Of a stretch of 21,948 nt of DNA, positions 7,985 to 16,031 are shown in pieces. The stretch's first letter is position 1, and each line of letters opens with the position of its first letter. The stretch is taken from the IMG/VR virus record IMGVR_UViG_2913147268_000003; one strand, 5' to 3'. The notes under the pieces are model-generated. The model ran no database searches. It was not told the DNA's origin and saw only the letters and a program-made list of their open reading frames with translations. Source of the stretch: a virus. Lineage: Duplodnaviria > Heunggongvirae > Uroviricota > Caudoviricetes. The position numbers and the translations under genes are program-made.

Positions 7985-8688
7985 ACACCGCAATTTTTAA
8001 CGGCAAAGCATCCATGACCAGCGTTGAGATCGCAGAGCTGGTGGGAAGCCGACCAGATAGTGTTAAGAGAACTATTGAAACACTGGCTAAAAAGGGAATC
8101 ATCCAATTTCCACAGACTGTGGAAATTGAGAATAAACAATCACTTGGGCCTCGCCGATTTTCTAGCGCGTATGTATTCGAAGGTGAACGAGGTAAGCGCG
8201 ACAGCATCATTGTCGTCGCACAGCTCTGTCCTGAATTCACAGCTCGCCTGGTAGATCGCTGGCGCGAACTGGAAGAACAGATCCGTAAGCCAATGAGCGA
8301 AATCGAAATGGTTGCCGCGATGGCTCTTGAAGCCGTTCGCCAACAGAAACGGATCACTCAGGTGGAAGAAAAAGTCAGCCACGTTGCTGAAACAGTCGAG
8401 CAAATTAAAAAGGGCACTATTCGTGAGGGCTATGCCGGATATCGCCAACTGAAAGCAAAAACCGGTTTGTCAGATGATAAATGCCGCAATCTGGTGAACG
8501 CCTATCAAATTCCTACAGACACACATGAGTTCATGACGCCGGACGGATTGTTGTCACGTCGCGCAATTGTTGCTGTGGAACCGTTTATGGCTGCTTTTTA
8601 TCGGGTTATGGAGGAAGCAGAACCGCGAGGGACTCGCTGGTATCACCCGAAAATGGGGTTATTTCAGGTTATTGGTTGGCAGCGGTGA
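7981..8688 (+). CDS. Phage regulatory protein, Rha/antirepressor-like N-terminal DNA-binding domain
   Basis: 235 aa with AGGAGA upstream of the ATG. The N-terminus (NGKASMTSVEIAELVGSRPDSVKRTIETLAKKGI) resembles the Rha-family motif; a coiled-coil-like middle region follows. Confidence 0.55.
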   Translation: MNTAIFNGKASMTSVEIAELVGSRPDSVKRTIETLAKKGIIQFPQTVEIENKQSLGPRRFSSAYVFEGERGKRDSIIVVAQLCPEFTARLVDRWRELEEQIRKPMSEIEMVAAMALEAVRQQKRITQVEEKVSHVAETVEQIKKGTIREGYAGYRQLKAKTGLSDDKCRNLVNAYQIPTDTHEFMTPDGLLSRRAIVAVEPFMAAFYRVMEEAEPRGTRWYHPKMGLFQVIGWQR

Positions 8689-8711
8689 AAAAAAGCCGGG
8701 AGTAACCCGGC
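8688..8711. terminator. GC hairpin flanked by an A-tract, intrinsic-terminator-like
   Basis: AAAAAAA then GCCGGG-agtaa-CCCGGC immediately after the stop of 7981..8688. The T-tract is present only on the minus-strand reading, so orientation and function are ambiguous. Confidence 0.3.
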
Positions 8712-8796
8712 TCACTCAACATCAATAACGGGGAGCTGTTTCGCATAAAACGGCTCCGAAACATCCAAGAACAGTTCTAAAGATATCAGCAGCTAT

Positions 8797-9459
8797 ATGA
8801 TCATTTCAAGACCAAATATTGATTCTGCAATTTCGGGACGTTACACTGTCTCCGCACCTTATAAAGCGGGTGCCGGGATTGGCGTCCTGAAATTGTCAAC
8901 GGCGATGTATGACGCGCCAGCGTCTTTTTTATCGTCCGCATTTGCTCACATCCAGATTATGGTGGGCTGGGCGGGGGCACCGAAAGGTGCGCCGGTCTCC
9001 GTTGACGCCGGTTACGCCAACCCCGTCCAGTTCACCACCAGTGAAATTGGCGTTTCCGGTGGTGGAAGTTTTTCACTGTCAACGGAGGCTGCCATCATGG
9101 CTACTGTCCTAACTTCCCCATTCCTAAAAATCGAAGTCGTCAACGGCAAGGCCGTTATTTTCTCCCTGCATGTTGCCTGCCATTTCAAGCGCATGCACCA
9201 GAACATCGTTGACAAAATCGAGTATCTGAACTGCTCACGCGAGTTTTTTACCCGCAATTTCATACCGGGTACTTATCACATCTACGGTGACTCCCTGCGT
9301 GGTTATTACATCACCCTTGATGGTCTGATGATGCTTCAGCTTGGGTTAAGTCTGCGCACAATGCGGTACTACGAGAGCTGTATTGAAGCATTCCATGAGG
9401 CTGAAACCGTCCAGGGTCACTCCGCGTTCCGTCGTAATCAACGGGAGGTGCACCTATGA
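8797..9459 (+). CDS. Rha-family phage regulatory protein (Rha-like domain in the C-terminal half)
   Basis: 220 aa ORF. The C-terminal half (KIEVVNGKAVIFSLHVACHFKRMHQNIVDKIEYL...GYYITLDGLMMLQLGLS) matches the Rha pattern. An internal ATG at 9098 with a GGAGG site is an alternative start. The N-terminal region is paralogous to that of 9456..10307. Confidence 0.6.
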   Translation: MIISRPNIDSAISGRYTVSAPYKAGAGIGVLKLSTAMYDAPASFLSSAFAHIQIMVGWAGAPKGAPVSVDAGYANPVQFTTSEIGVSGGGSFSLSTEAAIMATVLTSPFLKIEVVNGKAVIFSLHVACHFKRMHQNIVDKIEYLNCSREFFTRNFIPGTYHIYGDSLRGYYITLDGLMMLQLGLSLRTMRYYESCIEAFHEAETVQGHSAFRRNQREVHL

Positions 9460-10307
9460 TCCGCCACCAGCATATTGATTCTGCAATTCCGGGACGTTAC
9501 ACTGCTCAGGCACCTTATAAAGCGGGTGCCGGGCGTGGAAACCCGAAATTCAATATAGAGCACAACCGCGCTCATGCGGTTTTTTCGTGTCATGAGCATC
9601 GTTACACCCAAATTATGGTGGGGCGTGCAGGGCCAACTTCGGTTGGGCCGGGTTCTATGTTGACCGGTATTTCCACCCCTGTACGTCTCACCACCTATAT
9701 GGTCGTGGAAAGCCTTGGTGGTGAGTTCATTGAATTCAACATAGGGGCTGTCACCATGACTACTCTCCCAACCCAATCTCACCCTGAAATCACGATTATC
9801 AATGGTCGCGTTGTCACCACATCTCTTGCAGTAGCTAATTACTTTACTAAACGGCATGAGCGGGTTTTAGATAGAATTAGAAACCTCGAATGTTCCGCTG
9901 AATTTACTGAACACAATTTTGTGTTAAGTGAATACACCGACGCATCAGGCCGCAAACTCCCTTGTTACCAAATCACCCGCGACGGTTTTGCGTTTCTTGC
10001 CATGGGCTTCACTGGTAAACGTGCTGCCCAGTTCAAAGAGGCATACATCAACGCCTTTAACCTGATGGAGAAGAGTTTATCAGGTGCCGATGCGTCTGAT
10101 ATGTCAGCTGTCGCACGAAACGCCAGAGGCGTATACCTGCATTTGCGTGAAATCCATCAAATCTGGACAAGCCAGCTTTATCCAATGCTTAAGGCCGTTG
10201 AATCTCCGCTGGCTAGCAAACTGTACGACCGTGTTGGTGATGCTGTTTTTGGCGCTGCACTTGTTGATTCCAGGCTGAATGGTTCTGACAAGGAGGTTCG
10301 CCCATGA
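9456..10307 (+). CDS. Rha-family phage regulatory protein
   Basis: 283 aa with GGGAGGTG upstream; the start overlaps the previous stop. Clear Rha-like domain (EITIINGRVVTTSLAVANYFTKRHERVLDRIRNLE...CYQITRDGFAFLAMGFTGKRAAQFKEAYINAFNLME). Confidence 0.7.
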   Translation: MIRHQHIDSAIPGRYTAQAPYKAGAGRGNPKFNIEHNRAHAVFSCHEHRYTQIMVGRAGPTSVGPGSMLTGISTPVRLTTYMVVESLGGEFIEFNIGAVTMTTLPTQSHPEITIINGRVVTTSLAVANYFTKRHERVLDRIRNLECSAEFTEHNFVLSEYTDASGRKLPCYQITRDGFAFLAMGFTGKRAAQFKEAYINAFNLMEKSLSGADASDMSAVARNARGVYLHLREIHQIWTSQLYPMLKAVESPLASKLYDRVGDAVFGAALVDSRLNGSDKEVRP

Positions 10308-10498
10308 TTAGTTACGAAATCATCATCTCCACTACGGAATACAGAAACGATGTATCAGTTCGCACGGATGTATCTGTCTGGCACCGTCGCTATAAATCCA
10401 GAAAAACAGCGGAACTGAAAGCGGCAGAGATGTGTGAAACCATCTCAATGAAAGGTAGCCCGGTTAAATACGTAACTACGGCGGAGGTGCGTCCATGA
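10304..10498 (+). CDS. Hypothetical small phage protein (64 aa)
   Basis: ATGA overlap with the upstream stop; stop/start overlap with the next gene. Confidence 0.4.
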   Translation: MISYEIIISTTEYRNDVSVRTDVSVWHRRYKSRKTAELKAAEMCETISMKGSPVKYVTTAEVRP

Positions 10499-10719
10499 TC
10501 CGCCACATCGTTAATTCCCTGTATCACCGATACAACCGTTGCCCCCGTGTGGGGCAGTGGTTCGCCACCAGCAACGGTCACGTTCTGCGGGTTTGCCTAG
10601 TCAACGCTGAAAGCCAGAAAGTCGTGTGCGAACTACAGGGGCGTAGCTACACCATCAGTTACCCTCTGGCGGTATTTCTGTCTGGAAAAATGTTTAAGCG
10701 TCTGGGAGGTGTGGCGTGA
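10495..10719 (+). CDS. Hypothetical small phage protein (74 aa)
   Basis: Start context (GCGGAGGTGCGTCCATGATCCGCCAC) is nearly identical to the start context of 9456..10307. Confidence 0.4.
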   Translation: MIRHIVNSLYHRYNRCPRVGQWFATSNGHVLRVCLVNAESQKVVCELQGRSYTISYPLAVFLSGKMFKRLGGVA

Positions 10720-11015
10720 ACTGTTTTCAGTTTGTGTGCGGATGTGCTTTCGATAACCCGATTCAGCGCCTAATTATGTTGCGTGTTTTGATGTCGGGTT
10801 CTTCAGACGGTGAAGGCGAGAGAGTTATTGATCATCAGGTGCTTGCTGATTTCTGCTGTTGTTCTAAGCAAGCGATATTCAGGGAAACCCTGGCACTGGA
10901 AAGAGCTGGTTATCTTCATATCCGAAAAATTGCAACGCTTACTATTGATGCAAAAGCCAGACTACAACCTGCGCGTGGCTACACAATTCTCATGCCGCGG
11001 AAGGAGGTTGTATGA
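10716..11015 (+). CDS. Hypothetical protein with possible HTH (99 aa)
   Basis: GTG start overlapping the upstream stop. Lies immediately upstream of the replication initiator; the segment SKQAIFRETLALERAGYL looks HTH-like. Confidence 0.4.
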   Translation: MNCFQFVCGCAFDNPIQRLIMLRVLMSGSSDGEGERVIDHQVLADFCCCSKQAIFRETLALERAGYLHIRKIATLTIDAKARLQPARGYTILMPRKEVV

Positions 11016-11998
11016 GCCGTTACGCCCCCACACCGGAAGTTATGGCTATTGGTCAAATTAATATTTCCGGCAATGTTACACCTGCGAACTGGTGGAAATA
11101 TATTCGACTACCCAGTGGGCGTCCGGATGCGACGGCTATCGCTCTGCTTTCAGAGATCGTTTACTGGTACCGCCCGACAGAGGTCAGGGATGAGCACACC
11201 GGAGCGTTGCTGGGATATCGCAAGCGTTTTCAGGGCGACAAACTGCAAAGAAGCTACCAGGCGTTTGCTGAGCAGTTTGGTTTCGGGAAAAGGGAAACCG
11301 CAGATGCGCTGAAGCGTCTGCGCGATGCAGGGTTTATTACTCTGGATTTACGCACGGTGGAAATGCTCGATGGGGTGAAATGCAGCAATATTTTGTTTGT
11401 CGGGATCAACCCACAGGCAATTGCGGCCATCACCACACCTTCTTCTGTTTCGCCAGAAAGTAACAGCAATAATGCAATCAGCGATACAGCTATTACGTTA
11501 AAACGGAACACCCCCCGACGTCATAACGGAACAGGGGATACGCCGAATGTTGATACAAATACAGAGATTACTACAGAGATTACAACGGAGACTAAAAACA
11601 CTATTGATGCATCCGCTGACGCGTCTGCGCGTTCTGCCCGACAGGAATATTCACCGGAATTTGAACAGGCCTGGCAGGAATATCCCAAACGTGCTGGTGG
11701 CAATTCCAAGTCAGCAGCCTTCAAAGCCTGGAAAGCCCGTATCAGGGAGGGAATAAAACCGGAGACCATGCTTGATGGCGTGAAGCGGTATGCCGCCTGG
11801 GTACGTGCTACAGGAAATACCGGCACACAGTTCGTGAAGCAGGCTGCGACGTTCTTTGGACCCGATCGTCACTTCGAAGATTACTGGCAACAGCCAGCCG
11901 CTCACGGAGGTGGGCGACAGCGACAGGTCGATGTCCTGGCTGGCCTGGGAGCCATGTCTGACAAATTCGGTAAATCCAGTAACAAATTGACATTCTGA
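11012..11998 (+). CDS. Phage replication initiation protein (O-like / replisome organiser)
   Basis: 328 aa with AAGGAGG upstream. It has an N-terminal DNA-binding-like domain, a low-complexity linker whose DNA carries tandem iterons, and a C-terminal domain, and it sits directly upstream of the loader and helicase genes. Confidence 0.65.
   Translation: MSRYAPTPEVMAIGQINISGNVTPANWWKYIRLPSGRPDATAIALLSEIVYWYRPTEVRDEHTGALLGYRKRFQGDKLQRSYQAFAEQFGFGKRETADALKRLRDAGFITLDLRTVEMLDGVKCSNILFVGINPQAIAAITTPSSVSPESNSNNAISDTAITLKRNTPRRHNGTGDTPNVDTNTEITTEITTETKNTIDASADASARSARQEYSPEFEQAWQEYPKRAGGNSKSAAFKAWKARIREGIKPETMLDGVKRYAAWVRATGNTGTQFVKQAATFFGPDRHFEDYWQQPAAHGGGRQRQVDVLAGLGAMSDKFGKSSNKLTF
11561..11596. 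repeat. Tandem 12 bp iteron-like repeats inside the replication initiator gene
   Basis: ACAGAGATTACT / ACAGAGATTACA / ACGGAGACTAAA in direct tandem, encoding TEITTEITTETK in the linker. Confidence 0.5.
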
Positions 11999-12008
11999 GG
12001 TGACAGCG

Positions 12009-12908
12009 ATGATGACGATTGACCAACGTGAGAAACAAACAAGACTACAGGCGCGAATGGATGAGTTACGGGCAGAAATGGATGAGTTACGGGCAGAGAT
12101 TGCATTTGCTCAGAAGGGCGAAAAGCCATGGCCTTATCGTTCCTGCCTGATGCGTGAAGGTCGCGGATATTGCGAAAAACACGGTAAATATCGTACGCAT
12201 ATACTGGTGTGGATCGATCGTAATGGCGAGGACAGAGAAAAAATTTCATGCTGCCCTGACTGCTTGATCGCTGAGGCCAGTGATTTGACCATGGAACTGT
12301 CGTCCCTCAAGGCGGAAGAACTGACTGATAACGCCGGAATTGCTCTGCGTTTTCGGGACTGCGAGTTTGATAATTATCTGGAGGTTAATCCTGACGCAGC
12401 CAGAAATCTTGCGGCCTGTCGCCGCTATGCGGAGAACTGGCCAGATATGCTGGAGAACGGTACCAGTCTTGTTATGACCGGCAGTTGCGGTACCGGGAAA
12501 AATCATCTGGCGGTATCAATGGCAAAACACATCATCCGTAACTATCTGGCCAGTGTGGAGATCACCGACGTGATGCGCCTTACCCGGGCTGTGAAAAACT
12601 GCTGGCGGAATGACAGTGAAAAAACAGCGGATGACGTCATTGAGCATTATGCGTCACTGGATTTGCTGATTGTCGACGAAGTCGGCGTTCAGTTTGGCAG
12701 TGCGGCTGAAATGGCCATTTTGCAGGAAATTATCAATGCCCGGTATGAGGGTATTTTGCCAACTATCCTGATCAGCAACCTTTCACCGGAAGAATTGTGG
12801 GCGTTCATCAGTCCCCGGATTGCCGACAGGATCACCGATGGCGGGCGCAACTGGTTGTCGTTTAACTGGCCCAGCTACCGTTCTCGTATCGGAGGTGTTG
12901 CCGCATGA
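12009..12908 (+). CDS. DnaC-like helicase loader (IstB-type AAA+ ATPase)
   Basis: ATG at 12009 with GAGGTGA upstream. Walker A (GSCGTGKNHLA) and Walker B (LLIVDEVG) motifs. The N-terminal extension has a Cys cluster (C-x9-C ... CCPDC) and a tandem repeat. Confidence 0.8.
   Translation: MMTIDQREKQTRLQARMDELRAEMDELRAEIAFAQKGEKPWPYRSCLMREGRGYCEKHGKYRTHILVWIDRNGEDREKISCCPDCLIAEASDLTMELSSLKAEELTDNAGIALRFRDCEFDNYLEVNPDAARNLAACRRYAENWPDMLENGTSLVMTGSCGTGKNHLAVSMAKHIIRNYLASVEITDVMRLTRAVKNCWRNDSEKTADDVIEHYASLDLLIVDEVGVQFGSAAEMAILQEIINARYEGILPTILISNLSPEELWAFISPRIADRITDGGRNWLSFNWPSYRSRIGGVAA
12057..12098. repeat. 21 bp tandem duplication within the DnaC-like gene
   Basis: ATGGATGAGTTACGGGCAGAA followed by ATGGATGAGTTACGGGCAGAG, encoding MDELRAE twice in frame. 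Confidence 0.85.
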
Positions 12909-14305
12909 CCAGCCAGAACACCCCGGCATGGCGTAACGATGACCTGGAAGGCGCTGTCATCGGTGCGTTTTTTCTGCGTGGGGCCGATCCGGAAGTGATG
13001 GATATTCTGGCCACACTTCCGGCGGATGTATTTTTTGTGCGTCAGTACCGGGATATTTACGCGGGGATTTGCAGACAGGCTCGCATATCCGGCGTCATTG
13101 ACCCCGTACTGCTGTGCAATGAGATGCCGGAACTTGCCCCGGTGATTACCGACACCGGACGCAAAACCTGGGTGAAGTCTTCACTGGAGCACTATGTCGC
13201 AGCGTTGCGGCGCAATGCCGCACTGCGTGATGCAGAAAAAACACTGACTGAAGCATTACAGAATTTACGTGATGCGTATACCTGTGAAGCAGCCGAGGAT
13301 GCCCTGAAGGATGCGCAGAACATGATGGCCTCACTGTCGACCGGAAAGGGCGTCATTCAGCCGGTTCACATTGATGATGTCCTTCCGGAAGTGGTCGACC
13401 GTGTTGAATGCCGCAATCAGGGACTGGAGAAATCCAGGGCGCTGATGACCGGTATTGATGAACTGGACGCAAAAACGGGCGGTATGGAGCCCGGAGACCT
13501 GGTATTCATTGCCGCCCGTCCTTCGATGGGGAAAACCGAACTTGCGCTGGACATCATCGACAAGGTGACTGAGCAGGGGCATGGCGTGCTTCTGTTCACC
13601 ATGGAGATGGCGAACATCCAGATTGGTGAACGTATGGTGTCTGCTGCCGGTGGAATGCCGGTATCCCGTCTTAAGTCTGTTGCCCGTTTTGAAGATGAAG
13701 ACTGGGCGCGTTTCTCGCAGGGCGTGGGACGAATGACGGGGCGTAATATCTGGATGGTGGACCAGGCAAACCTGACCATTGATGAGATATGTGCAACCAC
13801 GAAGCACCACCGGATGAAGCATCCGGAAACGGCGCTGGTTGTGGTCGATTACCTCGGCCTGATTAAAACCCGCAGCACGGGGCGTCACGACCTTGCTGTG
13901 GGGGAAATCTCAAAGGGACTTAAAAGCCTGGCAAAATCCGGCGGTTTTCCGCTGATTGCTCTGAGCCAGCTCTCCCGTGGCGTGGAATCCAGACCCAATA
14001 AACGCCCAATGAACTCGGACCTGAAAAACTCCGGGGAAATCGAGGCGGATGCCGACATCATTCTGATGCTTTACAGGGAGGAGGTATACAACCCGGAAAC
14101 TCAGGCCAGAGGCATAGCAGAAATCAACATCACGAAACAGCGTAATGGCACGCTCGGGACCATTTACCGGCGTTTTCATAACGGACATTTTCTGCCTGTG
14201 GACCAGGAGAGTGCCCGGGTTCTTTCCACACCAATGCAACAGCCCCAGCCGCGCAGATACAGCAACAAACGAACTGACAGCAGTAAGATGGAGCGTTTCT
14301 TTTGA
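12905..14305 (+). CDS. Replicative DNA helicase, DnaB-like
   Basis: 466 aa with GGAGGTG upstream. Walker A (ARPSMGKTELAL) and other DnaB-like motifs (VVDYLGLI, SQLSRGVESR, ITKQRNG). Confidence 0.85.
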   Translation: MTSQNTPAWRNDDLEGAVIGAFFLRGADPEVMDILATLPADVFFVRQYRDIYAGICRQARISGVIDPVLLCNEMPELAPVITDTGRKTWVKSSLEHYVAALRRNAALRDAEKTLTEALQNLRDAYTCEAAEDALKDAQNMMASLSTGKGVIQPVHIDDVLPEVVDRVECRNQGLEKSRALMTGIDELDAKTGGMEPGDLVFIAARPSMGKTELALDIIDKVTEQGHGVLLFTMEMANIQIGERMVSAAGGMPVSRLKSVARFEDEDWARFSQGVGRMTGRNIWMVDQANLTIDEICATTKHHRMKHPETALVVVDYLGLIKTRSTGRHDLAVGEISKGLKSLAKSGGFPLIALSQLSRGVESRPNKRPMNSDLKNSGEIEADADIILMLYREEVYNPETQARGIAEINITKQRNGTLGTIYRRFHNGHFLPVDQESARVLSTPMQQPQPRRYSNKRTDSSKMERFF

Positions 14306-14316
14306 ACAACCAGACA

Positions 14317-14559
14317 ATGACTTTTACCCCTGAGCAATTACGTAAACAGGCACAGGAAATGTTGCGGCAGGCGGAACAACTGGAAAAAACAGGTGTAACA
14401 AAAGATGCCATTCGTCGGGATATGGTGCCAGCGCTCAGGGAACTGATGCAGGCAAAACACCGTGCACAAAAAGCAGTGGATGAGCTGGTGGATTGTGTGG
14501 CAGAGCTGGAAACCAGAGTTGGTAAGTTTGAAAAACTGGTGCAGGAGGTACTGCGCTGA
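14317..14559 (+). CDS. Hypothetical coiled-coil phage protein (about 80 aa)
   Basis: First ATG (MTFTPEQLRKQ...) after the helicase stop; the track's 14302 start is a TTG. Its stop overlaps the next ATG. Confidence 0.4.
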   Translation: MTFTPEQLRKQAQEMLRQAEQLEKTGVTKDAIRRDMVPALRELMQAKHRAQKAVDELVDCVAELETRVGKFEKLVQEVLR

Positions 14560-14927
14560 TGCGTGATATGTACGAAGTTTTAGATCGTTGGGGGGCCTGG
14601 GCTGCAGCAGATAACAGTGGTGTGGACTGGCAGCCGATAGCAGCAGGCTTCAAGGGGCTTTTACCACACGGTAAAAAGTCACGTCTCCAGTGTGATGATG
14701 ACGAAGGTATCATGATAGACGGTTGTGTGGCTCGGTTGCGAAAGTATAAACCCGAAGAGTATGAGTTGATCATTGCTCACTTTGTTATTGGTATCTCATT
14801 ACGCGCTATTGCTAAAAAACGGAAATGTTCAGATGGAACAATACGGAAAGAGATGCAAACAGCAATGGGGTTTATTGATGGCTGCTTGTCATTTTTCATT
14901 TACTACAATGACTTAAGTTCTATGTAA
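14559..14927 (+). CDS. Putative late-gene antitermination protein Q-like
   Basis: 122 aa with GGAGGT upstream. The pattern DRWGAWAA...IAAGFKGLLP...RLQCDDDEG...CVARLRKY...AHFVIGISLRAIAKKRKCSDGTIRK matches my recollection of the small prophage Q-like antiterminator family. The last 20 codons are AT-rich and atypical. Confidence 0.45.
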   Translation: MRDMYEVLDRWGAWAAADNSGVDWQPIAAGFKGLLPHGKKSRLQCDDDEGIMIDGCVARLRKYKPEEYELIIAHFVIGISLRAIAKKRKCSDGTIRKEMQTAMGFIDGCLSFFIYYNDLSSM

Positions 14928-14990
14928 AATCGTTCTACTTTCCCAACTTTTATGTGTATATAATACCAGGATAAAGTAACGGAGAATCTT

Positions 14991-16031
14991 GTGAACATTC
15001 AGGCAGTAGACATTTTTTGTGGTGCGGGGGGCTTAACTTTTGGGCTAAAAAAAGCCGGGATTGAGGTTTCTCATGGTATTGATATTGATGAATCCTGCCG
15101 TTTTGCTATTGAGAGCAATAATCCTTTAACGCAGTTCATTAATCAGTCAGTTACAGAACTGCAATCCTGCGATGTGTCTGCTATGTTCAAGGAAGGAAAT
15201 ATTAGATTGCTTGCTGGATGTGCTCCTTGCCAACCGTTTTCCAAGTATCGTAATCCAAATAGCCGTAAAGACGATACAAAGTGGCGTTTGTTATATGAGT
15301 TTCAAAGGCTTGTAAGTGATGTCATGCCAGAGCTTGTGACGATGGAGAATGTTCCTCAACTTAGAAACCATAAGGTTTTTGAAGGGTTTGTTAGTGCATT
15401 AAAGACTCTTGGATATCATTTGTGGTACGACGTTGTAAGATGTTCTGAGTATGGCTTACCTCAAAATAGACGTAGATTAATTCTAATTGGTTCCCAATTG
15501 GGGCCGATCAGCCTTGATCAAAAAAAAGTTAGCCGTAAAGTTACTGTTAAGGATGCTATTGGTAGGTTGCCAAAAGTAGGGGCAGGTGAGAAGCTGGAAA
15601 GCGATCCCTTGCATCGTTCGCCTAAATTGATGGATATCAATCTTAAACGAATCATGCATTCTTTACCTGGTGGTACGTGGGATGACTGGCCTGAAGAAAT
15701 TAGAGCAGACTGTCATAAAAAGAATTCAGGTGCTACCTATAAAAGCGTTTATGGACGGATGGTTTGGGACGATACTAGCCCTACGATAACTACCCAGTGT
15801 TATGGATATGGAAATGGACGATTTGGCCATCCTGAGCAAAATCGCGCCATAACTTTGCGTGAAGCTGCGATTTTGCAATCCTTTCCAATGGATTATAAAT
15901 TCCTTGACAAGGAGACGCCTTTTTCATTCCAAAAATTGGGGACAATGATTGGAAATGCTGTTCCCCCTATAATTGGTCAGATAATAGGGGAAACATTTAT
16001 CAGACATGTTGAGGGGATAAATACCCGTTAG
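14991..16031 (+). CDS. DNA (cytosine-5)-methyltransferase
   Basis: 346 aa, GTG start with GGAGAA upstream. Canonical C5-MTase motifs: motif I (DIFCGAGG), motif IV (GCAPCQPFS), motif VI (TMENVPQL), motif VIII (QNRRRLILIG) and motif X (GNAVPP). Confidence 0.9.
   Translation: MNIQAVDIFCGAGGLTFGLKKAGIEVSHGIDIDESCRFAIESNNPLTQFINQSVTELQSCDVSAMFKEGNIRLLAGCAPCQPFSKYRNPNSRKDDTKWRLLYEFQRLVSDVMPELVTMENVPQLRNHKVFEGFVSALKTLGYHLWYDVVRCSEYGLPQNRRRLILIGSQLGPISLDQKKVSRKVTVKDAIGRLPKVGAGEKLESDPLHRSPKLMDINLKRIMHSLPGGTWDDWPEEIRADCHKKNSGATYKSVYGRMVWDDTSPTITTQCYGYGNGRFGHPEQNRAITLREAAILQSFPMDYKFLDKETPFSFQKLGTMIGNAVPPIIGQIIGETFIRHVEGINTR

Noticed and set aside
7372-8448. Minus-strand ORFs 7372..7587, 7803..8357, 7903..8139 and 8140..8448, and plus-strand ORF 8024..8254
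   Set aside because: Each lies within or antisense to a better-supported gene (the repressor or the Rha-like gene 7981..8688) and is Ser/Cys/Arg-rich, typical of off-frame translation.
9012-11905. Short internal or antisense ORFs in the Rha and replication initiator genes (for example 9012..9263, 9438..9857, 11254..11511, 11521..11826)
   Set aside because: All are embedded in stronger genes with motif support and have no independent start signals.
13146-14411. Antisense ORFs within the DnaB-like helicase gene (13146..13334, 13331..13888, 13417..13800, 13910..14317, 14130..14411)
   Set aside because: They are antisense to a gene with clear helicase motifs and give His/Arg-rich products typical of reverse-strand translation of GC-rich coding DNA.
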